From Carpediemonas membranifera BICM (taxonomy: Eukaryota; Protista; Fornicata), in contig JAHDYR010000003.1 of the NCBI GenBank assembly GCA_019828565.1, forward strand, positions 557,409 to 621,408: a stretch of 64,000 nucleotides of DNA, in the 5' to 3' direction. The position numbers were made by a program, and so were the translations under genes. Every line of letters begins with the position of its first letter. The first letter of the stretch is position 1. The notes under the pieces are model-generated. The model saw only the letters and a list, made by a program, of their open reading frames with translations. It did no database searches and had not been told where the DNA came from. Below are positions 1 through 10,719 of the stretch, one piece after another.

Positions 1-3
1 GGG

Positions 4-1221
4 TTAAAAGTCTGCGACTGGCACCCGGAATGCCACGGGGCTACACGCGTCCTCGTCGTCCGTAAAGACCTCGAGCTCGCCGTAGCCGTAGAACTCGTCG
101 AACGGCACGGATACGGTGCCAATGAGGGCCGACCACTGCTCAACGGCGTCCAGCTGGGCGACAGTCACGTCGATGGGCTCGTAGAACATGGAGGGGAGCC
201 TCAACGTGCACCAGTCCCCGCGGCGGACCCGCACGAGCCTGTCCTGGGCGATGAGGTACTCGATGATGCGGCAGAGGGCCGTGGGCGGAACCCCGGGGAT
301 GGCGTCGCAGATGGTGGTGCGGGTGAGCTCGAGCTTGCCGGTGAACAGGCCAAGGATGGCGTCGATGATCGCCTCCTCAGGGAACGAGGGCGTCGCGGTG
401 GTGGCTGAGGTCGACCACTGGGCGCGGGTGTTGACTCCGAGGGTGTGCTCGGCGTACTGCTTGAATGACTGCGTCGGGCGGGTTTCGCGGCCGCGGACAA
501 CGGCCGTGAGCCCCTCCTCCTTCATGCGGTCGAGGCAGTTGGCGACGATCTCGGGGGACACGGTGATCTCCTTGAACGCGATGACGTCGTGGAACCCGGT
601 CAACCCCGTGCGGGCAACGACCTGCAGGACCTGACGATAGTCGTCGTTCGTGTGGTGCCAGTAGAGCTTGCGGGACACGCCGTCATCGTCAATGACACCA
701 CGCACGGCGAAGGGTTGCTCGTGGTTGATGAAGGGAGAGGCGGGCCGTTCGCTGGCCCGGGATGGGGGCTGGGAAACCTCGGGGGGGAAGTCGGGCGACA
801 GGTCGTCGATGCAGACGTAGATGTTGTCGTCCTCGCGGAGGGCTTCGCAGACTTCGATATCGATCATTGCCGAACGGCCGTCTGAACTCATGGTAATGAG
901 ACCGTGATCGGCGAGGCCGTTCAGCAGGGCTTTTGCGGCGGTGGCTGGCGAGGATGAGTTCTCAATGCAATGCAGGAGCGAACGATAGGTGATTGGCTCA
1001 ACACGGTGCATTTGCTCAACGCAAAAATGTCTCACACGATTGTAATCATCGAGTGACACATGAGGCGCATTGGGAAGAACTTCTATGCCCTTACTGTCGA
1101 ACGTGAGCATGCAATTGGTGGGCTGGGGGAAAGCGTCGACGTTAAGGGAGAAATCCATCGCAAGCACTTTAAGGAACGTGTGGCTGAATGTTGCTTCAAG
1201 ATCAATCAATCTCGGATCCAT
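4..1221 (-). CDS. Hypothetical protein, probably three tandem winged-helix domains
   Basis: 405-aa ATG ORF with host-like codon use. Three segments fit helix-helix-wing spacing (AKALLNGLADHGLITM; VANCLDRMKEEGLTAV; LCRIIEYLIAQDRLVRV). Confidence 0.6.
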   Translation of the reverse strand: MDPRLIDLEATFSHTFLKVLAMDFSLNVDAFPQPTNCMLTFDSKGIEVLPNAPHVSLDDYNRVRHFCVEQMHRVEPITYRSLLHCIENSSSPATAAKALLNGLADHGLITMSSDGRSAMIDIEVCEALREDDNIYVCIDDLSPDFPPEVSQPPSRASERPASPFINHEQPFAVRGVIDDDGVSRKLYWHHTNDDYRQVLQVVARTGLTGFHDVIAFKEITVSPEIVANCLDRMKEEGLTAVVRGRETRPTQSFKQYAEHTLGVNTRAQWSTSATTATPSFPEEAIIDAILGLFTGKLELTRTTICDAIPGVPPTALCRIIEYLIAQDRLVRVRRGDWCTLRLPSMFYEPIDVTVAQLDAVEQWSALIGTVSVPFDEFYGYGELEVFTDDEDACSPVAFRVPVADF

Positions 1222-1504
1222 GAGAACTCTCTATGCGGTAGACACAAGTGCTCCACGGGTGACCCGAGCTGGGTTGGTTGGAGGTCACGTTTGTCTCAAA
1301 AATTGACCCAATCTTTCAGCCACTTACATGGTTGGTAGCATTTTGAGATTCGCCCATAAATGGGTCGACGGCTCTATATTACACCCTGGACAACGCTCAG
1401 AACGCTCATATGCCATCATGTGTTATTGTGACGTCTTAAATCAGCGCCATGACGAGGGAGGACCACTATAAAACACTCAAATCAGATGGTTTACATATGT
1501 TACA

Positions 1505-4500
1505 TTAGTCCTCCTCGTCCTCGTCGAACTCCATCTGCTCGATGGCGTCCGCGAGCTGCCCCAGAGGAACCTGCTCGAGACCACTGTCAACCTGGCTCTC
1601 GATCTGACAGAGATGCTGGTAGCACGCTTTGACGTGGGCATCATCCTCGCCGTACGCCGCCACAAGCCCTACAAACGCCCTGCGGATGTTACCCGACGCC
1701 GGCTCGATCCTACCGAGCTCCTGCAGGAAGAGGGCGAGGTCGAGATAGAGCTCCGCAACGGCTGGGTGCTGGAAGCCCACGGCCGCCTCCGCAGCGTCGA
1801 TAGCGGCGTCCAGATGGTCGAGGGCAACATCGTGGTCGGTCGAGGCAGCGATGCCGCACAGGCTCCGGTGGGCATCGGCACACCGCATGCGGCAGGGTCC
1901 GTCAGTAGAATCGGTCAGCCTCTCGACAATCATGTCGTCCACCTCCTCGAGCTTCTTCAGCATGTCGCACGGCTGCAGTGCCGCCAGTCTGTTCCAGCGG
2001 CTAGCCTCGGGGCGGCCGTCCTCGGCCAGGCGGGACTCCAGGTGGGCCGCGTACTGGCAGAGCGCGTCGATGGAGGCCACGGAGTCGGCTAGGATGGGTC
2101 TGGGCGCCGCGTACAGCTTCTCCGCGAGGATCACGGCCTCGTGGAACATGCCGGTGGCCTCCTCGCGCTCGGGCCCGCCTGGAAGCCACCACTTGGTTCT
2201 GACGCCGCGGGCATCGGTGGTACGGGCCGAGTCAAGGGCCACGTCGACCAGAGTCGACACAGGGGCGCTCTTGATGACGGGGATGAGGCCTTCGACGAGG
2301 TACTGCCCGACAGGCTCGTCGGCGATGAAGTCGACCGAGTCGTATGACCGCAACGCAACACCAACAGCGTCGCACGTTGCGCGCAGGGCGGGTCTGAGGT
2401 ATATTGTGGCCAGGATCTCACGGGTGATGGAGTAATCAAATGATCTGCGGGCGACCTTGGCCATGTACTTCCACGCGGTGGCACACTCGTCCGTGTTACC
2501 GATGAGGTCTGACATTGAGAAGACGGTGTTGAGCAGGCGAACAGCAGAGTCGATGGCCTCCCCAGCTGTGTCGGCGAAGGCCATTGTGTCGCGTATGAGG
2601 ACCTTGGCGCACCGGGCGACGATGGATTGCACGGCGATCTCCCGAACGTGCGGCACGGTCACTGACTGGGCGATACGGCCCAGGAACCGCATGTTGAGGC
2701 CTCTCTGGTGCATGTGGTCGACCAGGTCAGCGATGGTACGGATTTCAACGTCACCGGCGTTCACATCGGCCACGAACAGCGAGGCGAGCTCCCTGATCTG
2801 AGCGGCAGCCTCGCCCAGCAGTTCCGCGTCGCTGGCAATGCGCCCGTCCGTCGCCTGGTCCAGCTCCGCGGCGGCCCTGGGGTGTGCGAGGTCGGGGTCC
2901 AGGGGGGTGCGGCGGATAGGCCGCTCGGACACGGTGACGCCGTCCTCGTCCCGCCAGTAGTCGGCCCGCACGGCAGGCGGGACGACAGCCGCCCTGAGCT
3001 TGGCAGAGGGGACTGTGAGGGCGCCCGCCTTGGTCTCGGCACAGGTCTTGCACACGTCGTGGTCGATTGCCGTGTGGGTGTAGTACTCGTACTCCGTAAT
3101 CAATTGATGACACTCGTCGCACACCAGGGGCTCGAGGGACGTGTAGTGGACGAAGCCCTCCTCCGTCTCGTCCGTGAGGGAGAAGCGGCATGCGAACTCA
3201 GGCCTGAGACGGCAGACAGCGGGGGACGTCGTCATCGAGACGTCGGGGGGCAGCAGACCGCCGGCGTTGGTGAGGATGACGCTGTCACCGTAGCCGTAGA
3301 CCTGGCACTGGGACATGGGGGCGATCTCCACGCCCGCGGCCGTCGGGACGGGGCGGGGGGCCTGGTTCATCGCCTCGCCAGCAGCATACAGCAGCTCGTT
3401 CGCGTTCGAGACGTTCTGGACACCCTGGACGGTCGACCCGAGCTCGAGCGCAGCAAGAGTGAGGCTGGGGACGCCGAGGACGAGGAAGCGGTGACCGATG
3501 AAGTCGACGAGGCAGGCGGGCGGGGTAGGAACGCCGGACCTGCTCGCCCAGCCCAGCGCGCGGAGCTCGTGGGCAGCGAACTTGAAGGCGACGTCGCCCA
3601 CGCCGACCGACTCTCCGTCAATGATCCAGTTTCCGGCGCGCCGGAGGAGGAGGCCATCGACAATGTACCGGGCGTCGCCGGCTCCGTGGATCTCCGGCAT
3701 GTCCACGGGGCCAGCCTCCCCGACAGAGATCTTTCTCACCGCATCTGTGGCGGCCATCTTGAATTTGTTTTGGAAATCGCGCATGATGATCTCAGCCTTG
3801 AGTAGGGCCTGCCGATCGTCCAGAGCGGTGGCCTGCTCGTACTGGGCGATGATGGCGAAGTACTCCTCCGTCCACCGGTCAGCGAGGCCCTCACACATGG
3901 GCATGGCCTTCGCTGCGGGGGGGATGACCGGGAAGACGCCCTGGGCGCGGACGGCGTATACTGGGCCAGAGAGGGCACCGGCCTCGGTGCTGGGCGGTAT
4001 GGGCGTCATGGCTGGGTATTGGTAGAGCTCGACCCCGAGGAGGTCGAGCTCCAGGTCCTCGGCGAGTTGACAGAGGAGGGCGTCGGATCGTGTCTTCGGG
4101 GGGACCTCGAGGGTAAGGGTCGGGCGGGTCGGGGCGAGCAGGGTGACGTTCACCTTGATGGTGAACTTGTTCCTCGGGCTGCGGGGCGAGGGCTGGGGTG
4201 AGGGCTCTGTGTACGACTGCGACAGGGGAGACGGGGCGGGTTCGTCCGACAAGGGCAGCGCGTGGACCGGGGGCTGGTACTGGGGCTTGACCTCGGGTAG
4301 CGGCTGGGCGATCACGGGGCTGGGGGATGTGATCGAATCAATCGGGTCGACCACACCGTCGGGCAGGCTGGCCACGGTGTCGCTGAGTGCAGGAGTGGAT
4401 TCCAAGCCGGATTTTGGCGACAGTGTTGGCGTCACTGGCTCGAACTCTGGCGACACGGCCCGGGGGGACTCGGGATCGGCAGGGAGATCCTCTCTCTCGG

Positions 4501-4894
4501 GCGAGGGCGGTGCAGCAGTGGGCTCGGCCGGACGGGGAGGGTCAGCATTCACTTGGGACTGGTTGATATTGGGAAGCTCGGGGGCGGCGTCCAGCTGTGC
4601 GAGCTTCGGGGACTCGGGCGCCAGGTCTTGGTGGAGATCTGCGAGGAAAGCCTTGAAGGCATTTTGCTCAGTCCTGATAGAATGAAGCAGCGCAGCTGTG
4701 TTTTGGGCCGAGTAAGAGTTCAGCGGGCTCTCTTCGGGTGTTTCAGGTCGCTGTACGACGATATCTGGCGAAGCGTCGTCTGGATAGAGAGGAATTGATG
4801 CTGGCTCGACAGTTTGTTCCAATGAGGGGTTTTCAGTGGAAGGTAAGCTCATGCTGATGGCATCTATTGTGCCTTTGGAGCCTCCACAACCCAT
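1505..4894 (-). CDS. CLU/TIF31 (clustered mitochondria)-family protein with C-terminal TPRs
   Basis: Clu-like motifs (DFIGHRFLV; CRLRPEF; HMHQRGLNMRFLGRI) and C-terminal TPR (HPAVAELYLDLA). N-terminal MGCGGS acylation motif; ZZ-like CDEC...HDVCKTC insert. Confidence 0.75.
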   Translation of the reverse strand: MGCGGSKGTIDAISMSLPSTENPSLEQTVEPASIPLYPDDASPDIVVQRPETPEESPLNSYSAQNTAALLHSIRTEQNAFKAFLADLHQDLAPESPKLAQLDAAPELPNINQSQVNADPPRPAEPTAAPPSPEREDLPADPESPRAVSPEFEPVTPTLSPKSGLESTPALSDTVASLPDGVVDPIDSITSPSPVIAQPLPEVKPQYQPPVHALPLSDEPAPSPLSQSYTEPSPQPSPRSPRNKFTIKVNVTLLAPTRPTLTLEVPPKTRSDALLCQLAEDLELDLLGVELYQYPAMTPIPPSTEAGALSGPVYAVRAQGVFPVIPPAAKAMPMCEGLADRWTEEYFAIIAQYEQATALDDRQALLKAEIIMRDFQNKFKMAATDAVRKISVGEAGPVDMPEIHGAGDARYIVDGLLLRRAGNWIIDGESVGVGDVAFKFAAHELRALGWASRSGVPTPPACLVDFIGHRFLVLGVPSLTLAALELGSTVQGVQNVSNANELLYAAGEAMNQAPRPVPTAAGVEIAPMSQCQVYGYGDSVILTNAGGLLPPDVSMTTSPAVCRLRPEFACRFSLTDETEEGFVHYTSLEPLVCDECHQLITEYEYYTHTAIDHDVCKTCAETKAGALTVPSAKLRAAVVPPAVRADYWRDEDGVTVSERPIRRTPLDPDLAHPRAAAELDQATDGRIASDAELLGEAAAQIRELASLFVADVNAGDVEIRTIADLVDHMHQRGLNMRFLGRIAQSVTVPHVREIAVQSIVARCAKVLIRDTMAFADTAGEAIDSAVRLLNTVFSMSDLIGNTDECATAWKYMAKVARRSFDYSITREILATIYLRPALRATCDAVGVALRSYDSVDFIADEPVGQYLVEGLIPVIKSAPVSTLVDVALDSARTTDARGVRTKWWLPGGPEREEATGMFHEAVILAEKLYAAPRPILADSVASIDALCQYAAHLESRLAEDGRPEASRWNRLAALQPCDMLKKLEEVDDMIVERLTDSTDGPCRMRCADAHRSLCGIAASTDHDVALDHLDAAIDAAEAAVGFQHPAVAELYLDLALFLQELGRIEPASGNIRRAFVGLVAAYGEDDAHVKACYQHLCQIESQVDSGLEQVPLGQLADAIEQMEFDEDEED

Positions 4895-5385
4895 AGGAAG
4901 ACGCGGTGGCTCTTGCTCACAATTCGTTTATGGTTTACGGTAGGCCACATAAATGGGCACGAATCGCTCAGGATCATCTTCAGAGAGCATACATCCCACA
5001 ACAGACGACGTTTTTCTCTAATTTCTATCTCGATACTGTCAGCGCTCAGATGTATCCGTCTGATCTGAGCCAAGCATGCCTTAGGATCCGTGTAATAATC
5101 CATTAATCAATCCAATATGCAGAACAGATGGTTAGTAGCAGGCACTGGCCAGTGGCGTTCTTCCCAGTGAGGGGCAGGGCCACGTGCTTCGGACTTGTCA
5201 GCCAGCGCGATGAGCTCGAACTTGGCCTCGCCGATCTTGCCATCGGTTGCAACTTGCTGGCTGTACTATGCTGTGGCTGCGAGTATGGGTGGGTCATTCT
5301 TGGGGCTGTGTCAGATCGATTTGATCGAATCGATTTCGCCGATGTGATCGATCCAACGAGAGTCAGTTCGTCTGAATACGTCTGT

Positions 5386-7522
5386 ATGTCCGAAACCTTC
5401 CAGTTCCAGGCTGAGATCAACCAGGTATGTTGCATTTGAGCTTCATTTCCCCTTTACACAGCTTCTCTCTCTGATCATCAACACTTTCTACTCAAACAAG
5501 GATGTCTTCCTTCGCGAGCTCGTTTCCAACGCTTCTGATGCTCTTGACAAGATCCGCTACCAGTCTCTGACTGATTCCTCCGCTCTCGAGTCCAAGAAGG
5601 AGATGGAGATCAAGATCATCCCCGACAAGGAGGCCAAGACCCTCACCATCGAGGATTCCGGTGTTGGCATGACCAAGGCCGATCTCATCAACAACCTTGG
5701 CACCATCGCCAAGTCTGGCACCAAGCAGTTCATGGAGGCTATCCAGAGCGGCGCCAGCGACCTCTCCCTCATCGGCCAGTTCGGTGTCGGCTTCTACTCT
5801 GCCTTCCTCGTCGCCGACAGCGTCACTGTCACCTCCAAGCACAACGACGACGCCTGCCACACCTGGGAGTCCTCTGCCGGCGGTGAGTTCACCATCACCG
5901 AGTCCGAGGACACCCTTGGCCGCGGTACCCGCCTCGTCCTCCACATGAAGGAGGACCAGCTCGAGTACCTCGACGAGGCCAAGATCAAGGGCCTCATCAA
6001 CACCCACTCCCAGTTCGTCTCCTACCCCATCAGCCTCTTCGTCACGAAGGAAGAGGAGAAGGAGGTCACCGACGACGAGGCCGAGTCCAAGGTCGAGGAG
6101 GTTGAGGCCGAGGAGGACGAGGACAAGCCTAAGATCGAGGAGGTCGACGAGGAGAAGAAGGAGAAGAAGACCAAGAAGGTCAAGGAGACCGTCCAGGAGT
6201 TCGAGCACGTCAACACCCAGCAGGCCATCTGGACCCGCGCCCCCGCCGACGTCACCGAGGAGGAGTACACCGAGTTCTACAAGTCCCTCTCGAACGACTG
6301 GGAGGAGCCCCTCTACCACAAGCACTTCTCTGTCGAGGGCCAGCTTGAGTTCAAGTCCCTCCTCTACATCCCCAAGCGCGCCCCCTTCGACATGTTCGAG
6401 CAGAACAAGAAGAAGAACAACATCAAGCTGTTCGTGCGCCGCGTCTTCATCATGGACAACTGCGAGGACCTCATCCCCGAGTGGCTCGGCTTCGTCAAGG
6501 GCGTCGTCGACTCCGAGGACCTGCCCCTCAACATCTCCCGTGAGATGCTCCAGCGCAACACCGTCCTCAAGGTCATCCGCAAGAACCTCGTCAAGCGCGC
6601 CATCGAGATGTTCACCGACATCTCCGAGGACGCCGAGAAGTACAAGACCTTCTACGAGCAGTTCAACAAGCAGATCTCCCTCGGCGTCCACGAGGACTCC
6701 GCCAACCGCGACAAGCTCGCCAAGCTCCTCCGCTACACCTCGACCAAGTCGACCGACGACCGCACCTCCCTCGACGACTACATCACCCGCATGAAGGAGG
6801 GCCAGAAGAGCATCTACTATATCACCGGCGAGAGCCAGAAGGCCGTCGAGAACTCACCCTTCCTTGAGGCCCTGCGCCAGAAGGACTTCGAGGTTCTCTT
6901 CCTCGTCGACCCCATCGACGAGTACTGCGTCACCGCTCTCAAGGAGTACGAGGGCAAGAAGCTCGTCTGCGTCACCAAGGAGGGCCTCGAGCTCGAGCAG
7001 ACCGAGGATGAAAAGAAGAAGGCCGAGGAGGACAAGGCCGCCTTCGCCCAGCTCTGCACCGTCATGAAGAACGTTCTCGGCGACAAGGTCGAGAAGGTTG
7101 TTCTCGGCAGCTCCCGCCTGGTCAACTCCCCCTGCATCCTCGTCACCGGCGAGCACGGCTGGTCCGCCAACCTCGAGCGTATCGTCAAGGCCCAGGCGCT
7201 CCGTGACAACACCATGATGCAGTACATGAGCGGCCGCAAGACCCTCGAGATCAACCCCGGCCACGCCATCATCCAGAACCTCCGCCAAAAGATCGAGGAG
7301 GAGGGCGAGGACTCGGCCACGGCCAAGGACCTCGTGTGGCTCATGTTCGACACCGCCATGCTCAACTCCGGCTTCACCCTCGACGACCCCAACTCCTTCG
7401 TCAGCCGCATCTACAACATCGTCTCCATCGGCCTCGGTGTCGACGAGACTGAGGTCGCCGCCCCCGTCGAGGCCCCCGTTGAGGAGGTCGCCGAGGACGA
7501 GGATCTCGAGGAGGTTGATTAG
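5386..7522 (+). CDS. HSP90: Cytosolic HSP90 (exons 5386-5424, 5462-7522; 37-nt intron 5425-5461)
   Basis: Splicing GTATGT...ACAG gives [13 protein letters not shown]|[32 protein letters not shown]. Also [10 protein letters not shown] and C-terminal LEEVD. Confidence 0.98.
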
Positions 7523-8394
7523 GCAGCATTTATAAACTATTTGAACAAGTCTTGAGTTGTTTAATGTGTTCCTGCTGAGCCGCTCATACCAGTCAACGGT
7601 TTATGTATAGCCTCGTGTGCCTTCGTGCTGCTCTGGTTCTGCCAAAGAAAGAAAGAAATAAAGAAAGAAATTTACGTTTGCCTGGTATCAGGCAGGCGGT
7701 TACTTGGGCTTGCTTTCCCATTATCCTGGAGGGCTCTGGTTCTGCCAGGGTCGAGTCATGCCTGTCTGATGTTCAAGTTATGTCAAACGACTGTGAGTGC
7801 AAATCTACTAGTGGGGTAGCGTCAGCGGCACAACCCTACGATGTGCAGCCCGTCATCTCACTCAAATGACGCACGCGGCCTGCTCGGTGTCTGTAACAGT
7901 GTGTGACTCGACTCGATTCAGCCTGATCCGATATAGATCGAATATCATCCCGGAGTCTACCTCTCAGTGTCGGGTCAGTGTCATTCGCTCGACCCGCGCA
8001 GTGATGGAAGTCCAACGGTTCCTCTGTCCGACCCCAGCTGACCGCGGGTATGAACATGAGCGACACCTCGTATCCATCAATGGACTACCGAGCGCTACAT
8101 GGCCCTTGCAATGACTGGAGAGCCCGCGTTATTGGACTCGTCATGCCACTCCTCATCCACGATTTGACTGATCTGTACTCCGCAGACCATGTTCAACCAG
8201 GCCTGACGATGGGGTGGCCATGCAGTCGCATGCCATCATAGCCGCACCCGAAGCTAATGCGAAAGCGGCTGATGGTGCTGCACGCTCTGACTGGGACCTG
8301 CCGTGGTGCAGTATAGGGTTGGCCAAATCTGGCAGAACCTATCCTTCTCGTTTTCCCACAAGGAGGGCGTTCAATCACTAGCAGACACCGGACA

Positions 8395-9597
8395 ATGAAG
8401 ATTGTGAAGAAAATAATCGATAGCAAAGGAGAGGGCAAGGTAGTCCTTAAGCCGACCACGAACGAGGATCTATGGGAGGCGTACAACGTTATTTCGCCCG
8501 GAGATGTCATCACGTCAGTGACAATCCGCCGCATTCAGCGGCAAACAGTCGGCGGCGGCCAAGATAGTGAGCGGAAACCCATGAAGCTCTCACTCAAGGT
8601 GACCCAAGTGGACTACGACCCCGGGGCCTCCAGACTCCGTGTAGCCGGCACGAACCTGCACGAGACGCAGTGGGTGAAGTTCAATCAGTTCCACACGTTT
8701 GAGCTGCAGCCGTTCTTCGAGTTCACTGTGTGGAAGCATCATTGGAACAACGTGTCCCTCAACCGCATCCTCGCCGCCACTGACGAGAGCAGAGGCGCTA
8801 CCACAGCGATAGTAGTGCTGGAGGAAGGCTCTGCGCTGATCTGTCTCGTCTCTGACAGCCTCACACTCGTGAAGGCCAAGGTCGAGAAGGTCATCCCCCG
8901 CAAGTCGCCGCTCGGCATGTCCAAGCGGCAGACGGCCATCGAGAAGTTCCTCAGTAACGTGTACCAGTCGATGGTCAACGCCATCGACCTGGAGGCCGTA
9001 AAGGCCATCGTCATCGGCTCGCCCGGCTTCATCAAGGAGGACCTGCTCAAGATGATCACAACGGAGGGCTCCAAGGACTCCTCGAAGGGCTGGGGCAACG
9101 CCAAGGCCAAGATCCTGCTCGAGACGACCTCCTCCGGCAGCATGGCGGCCGTGTCCGAGTTGCTCCAACTCCCGTCCGTCCAGAGGCACATGGGCGACTC
9201 TAAGGCCGCTGTGGAGACTGCGGAGCTGGAGAAGTTCCTGCAGGCGATCTTCATGGAGTCGGACCGGGTGTGCTACGGCATCAAGCACGTCCAGGCCGCG
9301 ATTGACATGGGCGCCGTGGAGAAGCTGCTCATCTCGGATAACATATTCAGGTCAAACAACTTAAGCGAGAGGAAGCGTGCTGTGGCCCTCACTGAGGCCG
9401 TCGAGGCGTCGTCAGGCGTGGTCCGCGTGTTCTCGGCCGAGCACCCGGCGGGTAGACAGGTTGCCCAGTTTGGGGGGCTGGCGGCCACCCTGCGATTCCC
9501 CGTGGACCTCGAGGAGGAGGAGGTCGAGGCGGAGGACGACGCCCCAGCCGACGGGGCCGAGTCGGACTGGGCCACGGGCGACGAGCTGCCGTACTGA
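8395..9597 (+). CDS. PELO: Pelota/Dom34 ribosome rescue factor
   Basis: EDLWEAYNVISPGD, FHTFEL, IGSPGFIKE, VCYGIKHV, GGLAATLRFP. Confidence 0.95.
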   Translation: MKIVKKIIDSKGEGKVVLKPTTNEDLWEAYNVISPGDVITSVTIRRIQRQTVGGGQDSERKPMKLSLKVTQVDYDPGASRLRVAGTNLHETQWVKFNQFHTFELQPFFEFTVWKHHWNNVSLNRILAATDESRGATTAIVVLEEGSALICLVSDSLTLVKAKVEKVIPRKSPLGMSKRQTAIEKFLSNVYQSMVNAIDLEAVKAIVIGSPGFIKEDLLKMITTEGSKDSSKGWGNAKAKILLETTSSGSMAAVSELLQLPSVQRHMGDSKAAVETAELEKFLQAIFMESDRVCYGIKHVQAAIDMGAVEKLLISDNIFRSNNLSERKRAVALTEAVEASSGVVRVFSAEHPAGRQVAQFGGLAATLRFPVDLEEEEVEAEDDAPADGAESDWATGDELPY

Positions 9598-10264
9598 CGG
9601 CCTGGTGTAAATTATGCGGCATTGGCGGCGATTGCTGTGGAGTCAGCTGGCTCTGGTAACAGTTCCGTGACCACCGGACTCAAGCTGACATGGCCTTATC
9701 CTGCGAAATAGCACTTCGTCCTTATGCATGGCTGGGGGCCGTACCGACCCTTTGGCTCCGTCTCGCGACCGCATTCGTCTCCAAGAGATGCGATCAGTCC
9801 TCAAATCTCATCGAGCAGCCATTCCACACCCGCTACGTCTCTCCCGCGCACAAGCAGCGGCCGCATCCTCTGGAGCGTGGATACGAAGGGCACAAACGGG
9901 CTGCTAGACTTGGATGATCGTGTTGAGCAGCGCTTGCCAGCGTCCTCCTTCAGCACGTCGTCGAACGCATCGCGCTCAGTCACTCGCTCAAGCCCGCCGC
10001 GTGAGGTGGCGTACAGCGAACCGAGGCCCGTCCTCTCGCCGCAGCAGACGCCGCGGATACTCCGCCAGCGTACTCCTTCACCGCAGACTCGCTCGGCCGC
10101 CAGCCAGACAGCCGCGCTCGACCTCAGCAGCACCGCCACTCAGACGAGCCGCGCGGCGACAGACTCGGCAGAGGTTGCCACGCTGAAGGAAGAGGACATC
10201 GCCATGGCCGCACGAGAGGCGGCCCTGATCCGCCGAGCCCGCGATCTCTGCGCGTGAGGGAGAC
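9446..10264 (+). repeat. Direct segmental duplication, copy 1 (819 bp; partner 42778-43596)
   Basis: Near-identical by eye at offset 33332; three substitutions seen. Confidence 0.95.
9724..10257 (+). CDS. Hypothetical Ser/Arg/Thr-rich protein (duplicated at 43056-43589)
   Basis: 177-aa ORF. The one difference between copies inside it (CAT/CAC) is synonymous in this frame. Confidence 0.5.
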   Translation: MHGWGPYRPFGSVSRPHSSPRDAISPQISSSSHSTPATSLPRTSSGRILWSVDTKGTNGLLDLDDRVEQRLPASSFSTSSNASRSVTRSSPPREVAYSEPRPVLSPQQTPRILRQRTPSPQTRSAASQTAALDLSSTATQTSRAATDSAEVATLKEEDIAMAAREAALIRRARDLCA

Positions 10265-10719
10265 AACCGTTGACTCAGGCGCGTTGAGCGAAATAAGCGG
10301 CAGCACGGCAACTACACTGTAGAAAGAGTACAGTCAACGTTTTTCCGGGCATGCGTTAAAAACTTCTGACATGCGAGCTCGTGGCTCAATTTTTCACACC
10401 CGTTGACCACCCTTGAATCAGCCTTTTTCGGCGGAAAACTTGTGCCATGGTCCTTGTAGGAATCCTCTCACGTCGTCAGGCATCTTTTGAAAATGATCCA
10501 TTTTGATCCAGGTCCGATTACAGATTCCTCCGGATTGCCGTAGGGGCGTCAGTCGACCCCAGCTGCCGGCGCTGGCTGACTGCCATACGTCATGCCATGT
10601 GCCGTGAACATACTGGGGCGCTTGATGGACGCTTCGATGCGATTCCGATGTGCTCCGGGGGCGATCATTTGATGGGTATCATGTCCAAGTGTGAATTTGG
10701 GAGACTCACTTGGCAAAGG

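Noticed and set aside
5492-6691. Long antisense ORFs over HSP90 and other genes
   Set aside because: Shadow frames produced by strong C/G-ending codon bias; no protein motifs.
5386-7522. Giardia-style split, trans-spliced HSP90
   Set aside because: The gene is contiguous with a single cis intron.
8203-8265. Hammerhead ribozyme (CTGACGA...GAAA)
   Set aside because: Stem II and the GAAAC/UH geometry do not form.
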